A stretch of 39,293 bases of DNA, taken from Octopus bimaculoides (lineage: Eukaryota). The first letter of the stretch is position 1, and every line of letters starts with the position of its first letter. The stretch is from contig NC_069005.1 in assembly GCF_001194135.2 (NCBI RefSeq), positions 5,297,951 to 5,337,243 of the forward strand, written 5' to 3'. The translations under genes were made by a program, and so were the position numbers. Under the pieces are notes generated by a model. It was not told the DNA's origin and did no database searches. It saw only the letters and a list, made by a program, of their open reading frames with translations. Of this stretch, positions 12,001 through 22,441 are shown in pieces.

Positions 12001-12257
12001 CATTATTTACATTATTTACATTTGACGAATATTTGTCCTCATCTTGTTTGTTGTTAACACAACGTTTCAACTGATATACCCTCCAGCCTTCATCAGGTGT
12101 TTTGGGGAAATTTCAAACTTGGGTTCTCATTCCTAAGGTATTTTTCAATGTTGTTGCTGTTATTATTATTATTATTATTATTATTCAGGTTACTGCTTGA
12201 AATCGAACTTGGAATCGTGGGGTTAGTAGCCCGTGCCCTTAACCACTATGCCATATG
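12001..12257 (-). mobile_element. tRNA-headed SINE with hammerhead-like tail (left member of head-to-head pair)
   Basis: Minus strand: CATATGGCATAGTGG (A box), AAGTTCGATTTC (B box), (AAT)n linker, AACAC-CTGATGA-A-GGCTG...CAGTT-GAAA-CG-TT-GTGTT, then a (TGTAAATAA)n tandem tail. Confidence 0.8.
12056..12101 (-). ncRNA. Minimal type I hammerhead ribozyme motif, intact catalytic core
   Basis: Stem I AACAC/GUGUU, core CUGAUGA, one extra A, stem II GGCUG/CAGUU with a 10-nt loop, GAAA, palindromic ACGU in place of stem III, cleavage triplet GUU. Activity untested. Confidence 0.6.
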
Positions 12258-12485
12258 CTCATAGTGGCTAAGAGCGCGGGCTACTAACCCCAAGATTCCA
12301 AGTTCGATTCCAAGCAGTGACTTGAATAATAATAACATTGAAAAATTCCTTAAAAATGAGAACCCAGGTTTGAAATTTCCCCAAGACACTTGCTGAAGGC
12401 TGGAAGGTATATCAGCTGAAACGTTTGTGTAAACAACAAACAAGATGAGGACAAATATCCGTCAAATGTAAATAATGTAAAATAA
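12252..12485 (+). mobile_element. tRNA-headed SINE with degenerate hammerhead-like tail (right member of head-to-head pair)
   Basis: Reverse complement of the left copy along its whole length. B box AAGTTCGATTCC, (AAT)n linker and the same TGTAAATAATGTAA tail. Confidence 0.8.
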
Positions 12486-12888
12486 GCACCTGTTGAGCAC
12501 TGGGGGTCAGTGTAATTGATTAGCCCCTTCCCCTAAAAATTTCAGACCTTGTGTTTCTAGTGGAGTGGTTTATTAGTGTTTGTTAGTAGCAGTGATAAAG
12601 GGTGGATGGGTGGGTGGTTTGGTAAAAGCATTAGTGTCGGGCAAAGTGTCGTACAGTATTCATTCCAGTTCAAAATTCAGTTGTGGTGGTCATCTTCACC
12701 TATCATCCACCCCAAACCACCTGAGGTCGAAAGTGATATGTACTGGGGTTGGTTTTTATTAAATACCCCCCCACCCCACCCCTTTATACACAGATAGAAT
12801 AATTACTGGGGGGGTGGGGTTGATTTGTTCAACTGAACACTTCGGGGTAGTACTCCAGCATGGCCACAATCCACACGCGTTGTTACCC

Positions 12889-13088
12889 ATAATTCTATTT
12901 TGTTTCTTCCAGGTTTTCCAGCAATTGATCTCTACCAGAACCTGACAGAGGGCACCCTTGAGGGTTTTGACTCAACGCACGATNNNNNNNNNNATAATTC
13001 TATTTTGTTTCTTCCAGGTTTTCCAGCAATTGATCTCTACCAGAACCTGACAGAGGGCACCCTTGAGGGTTTTGACTCAACGCACGAT
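12889..13088. other. Assembly artefact: identical 95-bp duplication across a 10-N gap
   Basis: 12889-12983 is identical to 12994-13088 and the two are separated by exactly ten N, as expected for unmerged overlapping contig ends. A similar flanking duplication surrounds the gap near 37966-38302. Confidence 0.85.
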
Positions 13089-13109
13089 TACTACTTGACC
13101 CCTGACCCG
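13018..13109 (+). CDS. SPDEF: SPDEF-like ETS gene, N-terminal exon (FPAIDLYQNLTEGTLEGFDSTHDYYLTPDP)
   Basis: Acceptor ttttgtttcttccAG ends at 13017 and donor GTAAGT starts at 13110. The 92-nt exon is open and ends at phase 0, matching the phase-0 start of the exon at 14813. Confidence 0.75.
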
Positions 13110-13565
13110 GTAAGTATTATATGTAGCTGTTTAACCCAGGGTCCACTCTGATCCAACAGACCTTATGATCACTTTTTCCAACCATGATCTTATAATCTTT
13201 TTTTTTTTTTTTTGTTATATTTTCATACCTGGTGTGTCGAGGATTGTCTCACTAATCCAATATCTCCTTCCTTTTTTGAAACAATAAGTGTGAGATTTGA
13301 GGTTGTTTTGTTGCCATTTCTAGCTGTTCAGCGGGCTGCATTGGAGCTTTCATGTTGCTCCATGACCTGTCTGCAGCTGGTCAGGCATCTATGCTGTTGC
13401 TGTTACGGCCAAGCTGTAGTGTGCCTGATCATAATGTGTGACTTGGTAACTTAATTAGTTAAGTTGTAGCTCCATGGGGCAGTGTGTTTCTTTTGAGAGT
13501 GACTTGTTGAGTAGCACATCACACTTGGCTGTTGTTAGGTCACATTCGGCTATTGTCGGGTCACA

Positions 13566-13791
13566 CCCTTGGGCTTTTAAACTGGCCATATCAGGCCCAA
13601 ATATTCTACATGCTTTGTGTTCTGGCTGGCCAGATCTGGCCTTTCACACTTATCCTACAATGTCATTCTAAAAGTAAATAACCACATTATATTGAAATCT
13701 TGAAGCTGTGAGATAATGCAAATATAGTTTTTAAAAATGTGAATAAATAAATATCACATTTGACAAAGAAATCTGAATACTAAAGGGTTAA
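13566..13791. mobile_element. piggyBac-like MITE (CCCTTT... termini, TTAA target)
   Basis: Right end AATACTAAAGGG|TTAA and degenerate left end CCCTTGGGCTTTTAAA. The interior (CCTACAATGTCATTCTAAAA...TTGAAATCT..AAGCT) recurs in two other copies. Confidence 0.6.
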
Positions 13792-14365
13792 CCCGATACC
13801 TACACAAACTCACATACAATCATCATCATCATCATGTTAACATCGACTTTCCCATGTCTGCTGAATCAGATGGACTTTAGGCAAGGTGAGATTTTCCCAT
13901 GGCCAAATGTGATTTTCATAAAAGGTAAAAACCTTGCCAAAACTGACTTCACCTGTCCTTGTGCCACGTAAGAAACACTAAGTCCACTCTGCTGGGTTGG
14001 TGTTAAGGAAAGGCATCCAGCTGTAAAAAAATCCTGCCAAAACAGTCGCAGAAATCTGGTGTAGGCTTCTGCCTGGCCAGCTCCTGTGAAACCTTCCCAC
14101 TGATGCCAGCATGGAAGGTGGACATTAAACGATGACGATTAGAAGCAAAACATGCTTTCTGTCACTGTGATTGAATCACAAATTATTATTGTTCCTTTTA
14201 CTGCAAAAGTCATATAAAACCACTCAAAATTTCATTCCGTATCTTAGCTGCAGAAAGTAGTTTTATATACCAATCTTTTATTGAGGAATGTCATGTTTGT
14301 AACCATTTTGTATTTAGATATGTCCAAGTTTATTGAAGCAACAAGACTTGCAGAAAATACCATTT

Positions 14366-14580
14366 ACTGTTTGGCATTTAAACTAGCCGTTCTATGTTCA
14401 AATCAGCCAGGTCTGACCTGTCACACCTACCTTACAATGTCATTCTAAAAACATATATATATATATATAACCGCATCATTGAAATCTCAAAGCTACAAAG
14501 TTTGATATATGATTAATTCAAGACTATTTGAATAAATAAGCATTGTGTTTGACATAGTAACCCGAATGCTAAAGGGTCAA
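14366..14580. mobile_element. piggyBac-like MITE, second copy
   Basis: GGCATTTAAAC...CCTTACAATGTCATTCTAAAA...AATGCTAAAGGGTCAA. Confidence 0.6.
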
Positions 14581-14812
14581 ATCTAGAATAACCATGAAAT
14601 TTAATTTCACGTTGTAACGGTTAATATCCCAAGTTCAAATCCTGGTGAGATTAGTTTGTGCCTTTCATTCCGTCTAGGGTCGGTTAAAGTCAAGTACTGG
14701 AGTCAATATGAATGCTGCCCCCATCATCATCATCATCATCATCATCACTCTCTTTCTTCAAGAAACTAATCTGTATTTTTCTCTATTCTATTCTCCGTCC
14801 GTCTCTTCGCAG

Positions 14813-15053
14813 GTTCTCCCATCGTACTCCATTAAACTCGAACCCTCTTTGAGTCCGAGCGACAATTGTTTAATGAACGAAACTTACAGGGAGCTGCTCA
14901 TCGATCCTGTGATGCCACAATGTGTCAACCCCGTTGCTAATTGCCAGGATCATGGACCACACTTTATGAATGACAATTGTAGTGAAATCCTAAACCTTGA
15001 TGAAATTAAACTGAATACGTCACCTAACAATGAAATCAGCTTGTCTAAATCAG
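14813..15053 (+). CDS. SPDEF: SPDEF-like ETS gene, exon VLPSYSIKLEP...NEISLSKS
   Basis: Pyrimidine-rich acceptor ...gtctcttcgcAG ends at 14812; donor GTAAGA at 15054. The 241-nt exon is open, and its last G joins AT of the next exon to make the Asp of the Pointed-domain DPxxWS motif. Confidence 0.85.
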
Positions 15054-15302
15054 GTAAGATTCCCAGCTACCTTGTTTCTATGTTTTCTTTGTAGTATGTG
15101 TTTATCTTTTTATTTGTTGTTGTTAGTAATAGTTTATTGTTGTATCATTGAACACTGTGCCTTTGGATACACACTCATATATCTTTAATTTTTTTTTTTT
15201 TTNNNNNNNNNNNNNNNNNNNNNNNNNNNNNNNNNNNNNNNNNNNNNNNNNNNNNNNNNNNNNNNNNNNNNNNNNNNNNNNNNNNNNNNNNNNNNNNNNN
15301 NN

Positions 15303-15345
<43 letters not shown>

Positions 15346-15349
15346 ATAT

Positions 15350-15590
15350 AGGCTCAGCAGCAGCTGTGTGGTAAGTAGCTTGCTTACCTACCACATGGTT
15401 GCAGGTTCAATCCCACCTTGACAACCGATGCTGGTGTGTTTACGTCCCTGTAACTTAGCGGTTCAGCAAAAGAGACCAATAGAATAAGTACTAGGCTTAC
15501 AAAGAATAATTCCTGGGGTCGATTTGCTCGACTAAAGGCAGTGCTCCAGCATGGCCGCAGTCAAATGATTGAAACAAATAAAAAGGATTT
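15350..15590 (+). mobile_element. SINE family A with internal deletion
   Basis: Head ending GGTTCAATCCCAC joins directly to CTTGACAACCGATGCTGG; the CORE-like middle is missing. Confidence 0.85.
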
Positions 15591-15930
15591 TAAAAAAGTA
15601 CATATTTAGTAAGAACAAAAATTATTATTATCAATATTAAATACTATCAATTTCAACCAGTGGTCAGCATAATTAAAAAACATCCGAGGACCGTGAATTC
15701 TATTTGAATATAAACAATAGGAGAGAACACTGTGTGGATATCTTGTATGCTAAAAATAGATGTCAAACCGCCTTACCATGAAATCTATGTTCTCAAATTA
15801 GCAAGACGGTCTAAGTTTACGAGCTAGACAAATGGAAAGAAATAAAAATAGCACTTTGTTTATTTCTTTTCATGGTTTGACACCTATTTCTAGCATACAA
15901 GGAATCCATATAGTGGTCCCTCCTATTGCT

Positions 15931-15967
<37 letters not shown>

Positions 15968-16558
15968 TTATATTTAGTCATACTGGTCTTCTTCCAGTTT
16001 CTGTCAACCCAATCCATTCACAAGGCTTTGGTTGGCCCGTGGCTATAGGAGAAGGCACTTGCCCAGGATATTACGCAATGGTGAAGTTTCTTTTGGCATT
16101 CATCGTTCTGGCAGCCTCAAAATAAAGTACCAAGATTAGCAAAATCATTAGGACATTATGGCAATGGACAAAATGGGTCTTTATGTTCTGAGTTCAAATC
16201 TTGCCTAGATCAACTTTGCCCCTTCGTTATTTCTGAGATGGTAATCAGGTCTTGCACTTAAATTAAAGACAATAATTATTATGACCAGAGAAGTCAGTAA
16301 GGAGTTTAGGGAAGCATTTAGATACAGAACATTTCTTTATTGGTTTCCCCTCATGTACTGAGTTCAATTCCTGCAAGAAACAAAAAGTTGATTTTTTTTT
16401 TTTTTTTTTGCATGGACTTTATTTGTATTGTTTTTTTTTTCCATTAGTTTTAATTAAATTCTTATTTAGAAAAAACGAATTTTTTTTTTTTTTTCAAATT
16501 TTTATTTTGCATGATTGTATTTTTTTTTTTCTTTTTGTTTTCACTTTTGGTTTCTTAG

Positions 16559-16762
16559 ATCCTCGCAACTGGTCAGAAAACGAATTAAAACATTGGATAA
16601 GCAGCAGACTGGACATGTATGCCATTCCAGTCGATTCTATTAATTGGCCTAATATAAACGGCTCTATGATGTTTACGATGAGCCGTGATCAACTTCGGTT
16701 CCAGCTGCAACACAAAGCCATAGCTGACGTTTTGTTTAATGATATGCAGAAGTTGATGTATG
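16559..16762 (+). CDS. SPDEF: SPDEF-like ETS gene, SAM-Pointed (PNT) domain exon
   Basis: Translation DPRNWSENELKHWISSRLDMYAIPVDSINWPNINGSMMFTMSRDQLRFQLQHKAIADVLFNDMQKLMY follows the PNT pattern (DPxxWS...W...Y.hP...G..h..MS..Q...DVL). Acceptor tttcttAG ends at 16558; donor GTTAGT at 16763; phase 1 at both ends. Confidence 0.92.
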
Positions 16763-17054
16763 GTTAGTAAGATTTCAGTACTTCATATGCTTCTGCTACA
16801 TGTTACATGCTACATGTCTCCTGCCCCAACATCTCAAAAAACAGAAGACTAAAACATTAAAATTTACAACCCTAAGAATTGGTTGAAATCAACTAAAACC
16901 CCGTATCCTTTTGTTAGGTTATTATTAGGTCAGTTCAAAATTAAACTGACCCTACAAACAAAGACTCTCCATCCATGCCATTCCCATCTCTTAGGACATT
17001 AATGTAGAGGTAAATTTAGCTACTATTTCTTGCAGCCATGTAGAGGCCTCTTTC

Positions 17055-17265
17055 CTGTGCTAGTTGTGTAATGATAGTTGTGAATTTTAGTACAATACCA
17101 GCACTTTCAGGGGAGGTGAAGTTAGTCAATTACATTGACCCCAGTGTCCAACTGGTACCTATTTGTAGCGAGTCCCCGAAAGGACGAAAAGCAAAGTTGG
17201 CCTCAACGGAATTTGAACTCGGAACGTGTAAAGCCAGACAAAATGTTGCTAAGCATTTTGCCAGC
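17055..17265 (-). mobile_element. SINE family B
   Basis: TTGACCCCAGTG...CCCCGAAAGGACGAAAAGCAAAGTTG...GAATTTGAACTC...GCTAAGCATTTTGCC is the family B reverse complement. Confidence 0.8.
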
Positions 17266-17267
17266 TT

Positions 17268-17399
17268 GTTGCCATGTCATGTTGTGATAAATAGTTACGT
17301 GACATCGTTAGTTACCAAGGTCGGTGGATAGTTACCTTGACAACGTTGGTATCCAGAAGAACTACACTAGTTGGGATTTTCGATAGTTGCTATGACAAC
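17268..17399. promoter_or_regulatory. Cluster of RFX X-box motifs in an intron of the ETS gene
   Basis: Full 14-bp X-box matches GTTACCTTGACAAC (17331-17344) and GTTGCTATGACAAC (17386-17399). Partial or half sites GTTGCCATG (17268), GTTACGTGACATC (17294) and GTTACCAAGG (17311). Confidence 0.55.
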
Positions 17400-18014
17400 C
17401 AAAGTACCAGAAATACAAAACAAACACACACACACACACACACACACGCTGATATATATTTTATCAATAATTGTGAAGCCTGCTGATCTTATCAGCTGAT
17501 TATTGTTGTTGTTGTTGTTGTGGTGGTGGCATGATCATCTGCTCAGTAAAACTTCCCTTCTCTCAATGCCAATCCCAGGAGCCCAGAAGTGGAGGGGACA
17601 TCTGTGCTGTCCCCTCCTAACTCCAAGTCATAAAAAAAAACAAAAAATGTGGTAGATAGTGATATTCATTATTCATAGTGGTGGCGGTTGTGGTGGTGGT
17701 GGTGGTGGTACTGGCTGTGGGTCTATCTTCACTTGCGTTTCTTTTCCATACGAATCCTAGAGGCCCCAGAAATGGATATACATAGGACAGCATGGAATAG
17801 ATGTACCCCCACCTTTTTCTGGGGGGGTGAGGTTTCTTTTAGTGTTAAGAGAAATAAAAAAAATTTTAAAAAGTGGGGTCATGGATTTGAACCTGGAATA
17901 CACATATAAATGCATATGGAGGATTAGACATTAGGGACATTTGTCCTTCCTTGCCAATGACTTTACTTTCATTTTCTCTAGTTAGCAGATTTTGAAATTT
18001 ATCTTCTTAACAAA

Positions 18015-18229
18015 TCCTTTCTATTCTAGGCACAAGGCCTGAAAATTTGCGGGAGGGGACTAGTCGATTAGATTGACCCCAGTACTCAACTGGTACTTAG
18101 TTTGTTGACCCCGAAAGGATGGAAGGCAAAGTCAACCTCAGCAGAATTTGAACTCAGAATGTCTTTAAGACGGACTAAATGCCGCTAAGCATTTTGCCAG
18201 CATGCTAACGATTCTGCCAGCTCGTCACT
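18015..18229 (-). mobile_element. SINE family B
   Basis: Reverse complement from tail (TTTCTATTCTAGGCACAAGGCCTG) to head (GATTCTGCCAGCTCG), abutting (AAT)n. Confidence 0.88.
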
Positions 18230-18265
<36 letters not shown>

Positions 18266-18403
18266 GTAGTAGTAGTTATTTATTATTCATTACAACAATA
18301 TAGATATCTCTGTCACTCCTCTGTTGCTTTTCTTTTTTCCACTTTGTTTTTTTAGTTCGTCGTCATCATCATCATCATCATCACTGTCATCATCATCATC
18401 ATC

Positions 18404-18622
18404 AAACCCTTTAGCATTCAGATTTCTCTGTCAAATGCAATGCTTAATTATTCTCGTTGTTTCAAACCAATCATGAACCATCTTGTAGTTTCAAGATTCT
18501 AATGACGAGATAGTTTATTTTTAGAGTGACATTGTAGGATAGTTGTGAAAGGCTGGATCTGGCCATTCTGAACATAAAACAGAATATTTTGGACAGATAC
18601 AGCTGGTTTAAATGTTAAAGGC
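18404..18622. mobile_element. piggyBac-like MITE, third copy in opposite orientation
   Basis: AAACCCTTTAGCATTCAGATTT...TTTTAGAGTGACATTGTAGGATAG...TTTAAATGTTAAAGGC. Confidence 0.6.
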
Positions 18623-18904
18623 TTTCATGTATGCTTTCCATGCTGGCATGGGTTGGACAGTTCAACAGGAAGTGACAGACCAGAGGACTGTACCAAGCTC
18701 TGCTATTAGTTTTGGTATGGTTTCTATGGCTGGATGCCTTACCTAATGCCAACCACTACTGTATGGACTGGTTGTTTTTTACCCAGCACCAGCAACATCA
18801 AGAAAATTAATTAGAATTTTATTAATTTATCATTCTTGTATTTTCTTCATCTAAATTTTATTTTTGTCTAATTTTATTTATTTATTTTTTTTTCCTTTTT
18901 TCAG

Positions 18905-19186
18905 ATTTTCAAATTGCCGACACCTTCTCCTGTTCACCTTCCTCTTCCAACTCCTGTAGTGACCTTGGCAGCCACCAAACTATGTCCGACAGTTGCAAAA
19001 CTGAACAATTCAGGATGCTTAATGAATACATGAACATGGTCAGTTTCCCAAACGATTGTCTTTCCGGATCAGACGAAGGAAACGACAGCAACGATAGCTC
19101 TGACAGCAGTACCAATAGTTCAGAACTTAGCACTTCAATTACGACCATCGACAAAAAGGCTTTTGATCCAGAACCTTTATACCCAG
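18905..19186 (+). CDS. SPDEF: SPDEF-like ETS gene, Ser/Asp-rich linker exon
   Basis: Long poly-T acceptor ...ttttttcAG ends at 18904; donor GTAGGT at 19187. The 282-nt exon is open (DFQIADTFSCSPSSSNSCSDLGSHQTMSDSCK...FDPEPLYP), phase 1 at both ends. Confidence 0.88.
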
Positions 19187-19838
19187 GTAGGTTTTTCTTT
19201 TATTTTCTATTTTTATTATCTTCTTAAGTACAGATCTGGATGTGTGGTTAAGAAGCTCAGTCCCCAACCATGTTGACCCAGGTTCAGTCTCACAATATAG
19301 CACCGTGGGCCATGTGGCCACAGACCAGCCACAGCCTTGTTAGTGGATCTGATTCAAAGAAGAAACTGTACAAGGCCCATCGAGTGTGTCTATGTCTCTG
19401 CGTACCTTTGTCTTGGCGCGTAATGACTGAGCACAACCACCACACGAGTGATTTTGTTTGTTTTGATTCCTTCGTGGGAAATGCTTGAAAATAGGTGAAG
19501 TTTGACAACAGGAAAGGCATCCAGCTGTAGAAAATCTGCTTCAACAAATTTCATCAAATACATTGAAACGTAGGTTAGATTAATATGTCAATGGGACATT
19601 ATTTTACAGCCAGATGTAAGTGGTTGACATTAGGAAACAGCATCCAGCTGTAGAAACCATGCCTAAGCAGACATAGAATCTAACACAGCCCTCTGAATCG
19701 ATGTCCTTGTTAAACCATCCAACCATGACAGCATGGGAAAAAAGAACACTAAATGATGACAACGTGTGTGTGTGTGTGTGTCTATGTATGAAGTATAACC
19801 TATACTAAATATATCTTTTCTATTTTTTTTTTTTTTAG

Positions 19839-20152
19839 AACAAAAACCAAGGGACACACCTCAAATAACTAAGCACAAACAGAACATTCACCTGTGGCAG
19901 TTTTTAAAAGAATTGCTGTTGCAAGGAGACAAATACATAAAATACATCAAATGGTTGGACCCCAAACAAGGGGTTTTCAAAATTGAGGACTCAAGCCACG
20001 TTGCCCGACTTTGGGGTGAGCGTAAGAACAGACCAGCAATGAACTACGACAAACTTAGTCGCTCAATCCGACAGTATTACAATAAAGGTATAATTAAGAA
20101 GACTGAGAAAAACAGGCGCCTGGTCTATAAATTCTGTCCACCTTATTTGTAA
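19839..20152 (+). CDS. SPDEF: SPDEF-like ETS gene, terminal exon with ETS DNA-binding domain
   Basis: Reads ...NIHLWQFLKELLLQGDKYIKYIKWLDPKQGVFKIEDSSHVARLWGERKNRPAMNYDKLSRSIRQYYNKGIIKKTEKNRRLVYKFCPPYL*. IHLWQFLKELLL, FKIEDS, RKNRPAMNYDKLSRSIRQYY and the C-terminal domain position are characteristic of the SPDEF/PDEF/Ets98B subfamily. Poly-T acceptor AG ends at 19838; TAA at 20150-20152. Confidence 0.97.
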
Positions 20153-22006
20153 GGCAAAGAGAGGAACAAAAGCATGAGACTTTTAGCAAACTTAAACCAA
20201 AGATTTTGGTTATAAGTTTATGAAATGGCGATGCAGATTGAGTTTTTGGTATTTTTTTTCCCCTTTTTTTTAAAAAAAAGTTTTGTTAATCGCATCATGC
20301 CATTGCAACGTTGATCGTTGTCATCTCGTTTGTGCAACAGCTCGCTGCACAACAGGGAATATTTTTTGGCAATTTTTGGTGGCGTCTGTGGCCAAGAGAG
20401 GAAAGGCAGGAGATGGCAGCAGAGCCAATGTCAAACACCAAATTTCCAAGATGAACAAAAGACTACAATAATAATAATAATATTAATAATAATAATATGA
20501 TTAAAATGTAATCATATTATCTGGACTATATACTACTACTACTACTACTATTATTATTATTATCATCATCATTATATATATTTTTTCAAACCATTTCCTT
20601 TAAAGACAAGATGGCGGACTAGATTGCCTTACAGTATTTTTATTTTTTTTTCCCCCACTTCATTCTAAGGTGAAGGTCCAACAAGTTGGCTTTGCCTTTC
20701 ATTCCAAGGGTCTTTTGAAACAAATGTAGGGGGCCGTTTTATGGGGGTCAATCGATCTGACCATGACATTTACCCCATCCCCAAGCCCCTTACAAAACGT
20801 GTGGCCCTTGGGCAATTGTAAGAAACTGTAAATATCATTATTGTTCTTTCATATTATTGTTATTATTATTATTATTACATATTTTAGAATTTGAAAAAAA
20901 CATTTTTAATTTAAGCTTTTTTTTTTTTGTAGATATTGTAAAAATGACAAAAATGCTTAAATATCATTTTAAAATCATCCAGTAAATGTCTTGGAATGAA
21001 TATATGTGTGTGTGTGTGTGTATACATATATATACACACACATGTACATGTGTGTGTATGTGTATAATTCAAATATCATGAATGCAAAGAACACTCTTAN
21101 NNNNNNNNNNNNNNNNNNNNNNNNNNNNNNNNNNNNNNNNNNNNNNNNNNNNNNNNNNNNNNNNNNNNNNNNNNNNNNNNNNNNNNNNNNNNNNNNNNNN
21201 NNNNNNNNNNNNNNNNNNNNNNNNNNNNNNNNNNNNNNNNNNNNNNNNNNNNNNNNNNNNNNNNNNNNNNNNNNNNNNNNNNNNNNNNNNNNNNNNNNNN
21301 NNNNNNNNNNNNNNNNNNNNNNNNNNNNNNNNNNNNNNNNNNNNNNNNNNNNNNNNNNNNNNNNNNNNNNNNNNNNNNNNNNNNNNNNNNNNNNNNNNNN
21401 NNNNNNNNNNNNNNNNNNNNNNNNNNNNNNNNNNNNNNNNNNNNNNNNNNNNNNNNNNNNNNNNNNNNNNNNNNNNNNNNNNNNNNNNNNNNNNNNNNNN
21501 NNNNNNNNNNNNNNNNNNNNNNNNNNNNNNNNNNNNNNNNNNNNNNNNNNNNNNNNNNNNNNNNNNNNNNNNNNNNNNNNNNNNNNNNNNNNNNNNNNNN
21601 NNNNNNNNNNNNNNNNNNNNNNNNNNNNNNNNNNNNNNNNNNNNNNNNNNNNNNNNNNNNNNNNNNNNNNNNNNNNNNNNNNNNNNNNNNNNNNNNNNNN
21701 NNNNNNNNNNNNNNNNNNNNNNNNNNNNNNNNNNNNNNNNNNNNNNNNNNNNNNNNNNNNNNNNNNNNNNNNNNNNNNNNNNNNNNNNNNNNNNNNNNNN
21801 NNNNNNNNNNNNNNNNNNNNNNNNNNNNNNNNNNNNNNNNNNNNNNNNNNNNNNNNNNNNNNNNNNNNNNNNNNNNNNNNNNNNNNNNNNNNNNNNNNNN
21901 NNNNNNNNNNNNNNNNNNNNNNNNNNNNNNNNNNNNNNNNNNNNNNNNNNNNNNNNNNNNNNNNNNNNNNNNNNNNNNNNNNNNNNNNNNNNNNNNNNNN
22001 NNNNNN

Positions 22007-22052
<46 letters not shown>

Positions 22053-22409
22053 ATGCTCTCCTGTGTGTCTACTTAACACAGACAACTAGTTTGATATTTT
22101 ATTTTGTATGTTTTAGGTTTTTTTTTTCATATGTATGTTTGTGTTCCTCTGGCTTCTTCTTACAAGATGGGTTTGTTTTTTTTTTTGTTTTTTGTTTTTT
22201 TTTTGTCTGTGGGGGTGGTTCTTTGTTTTCAAGATTCCACCACCACCGCTGCTTTTGTTTTATATAATGATCTCTTGAGTGGCCGCCCCACCACCACCAC
22301 CGGGTCTTGTCTATGGATGGATATGTGTGTTCACATACATAGTGTGTGTGTGTGTATGTGTATTTGTATGAATGTGTAATCCCAAACACAATGTAGGCAT
22401 GAGGTAAAC

Positions 22410-22441
<32 letters not shown>

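Noticed and set aside
12889-12983. Apparent tandem duplication of a coding exon
   Set aside because: Identical to 12994-13088 and separated by a 10-N placeholder, typical of unmerged contig overlap. The first copy also lacks a donor.
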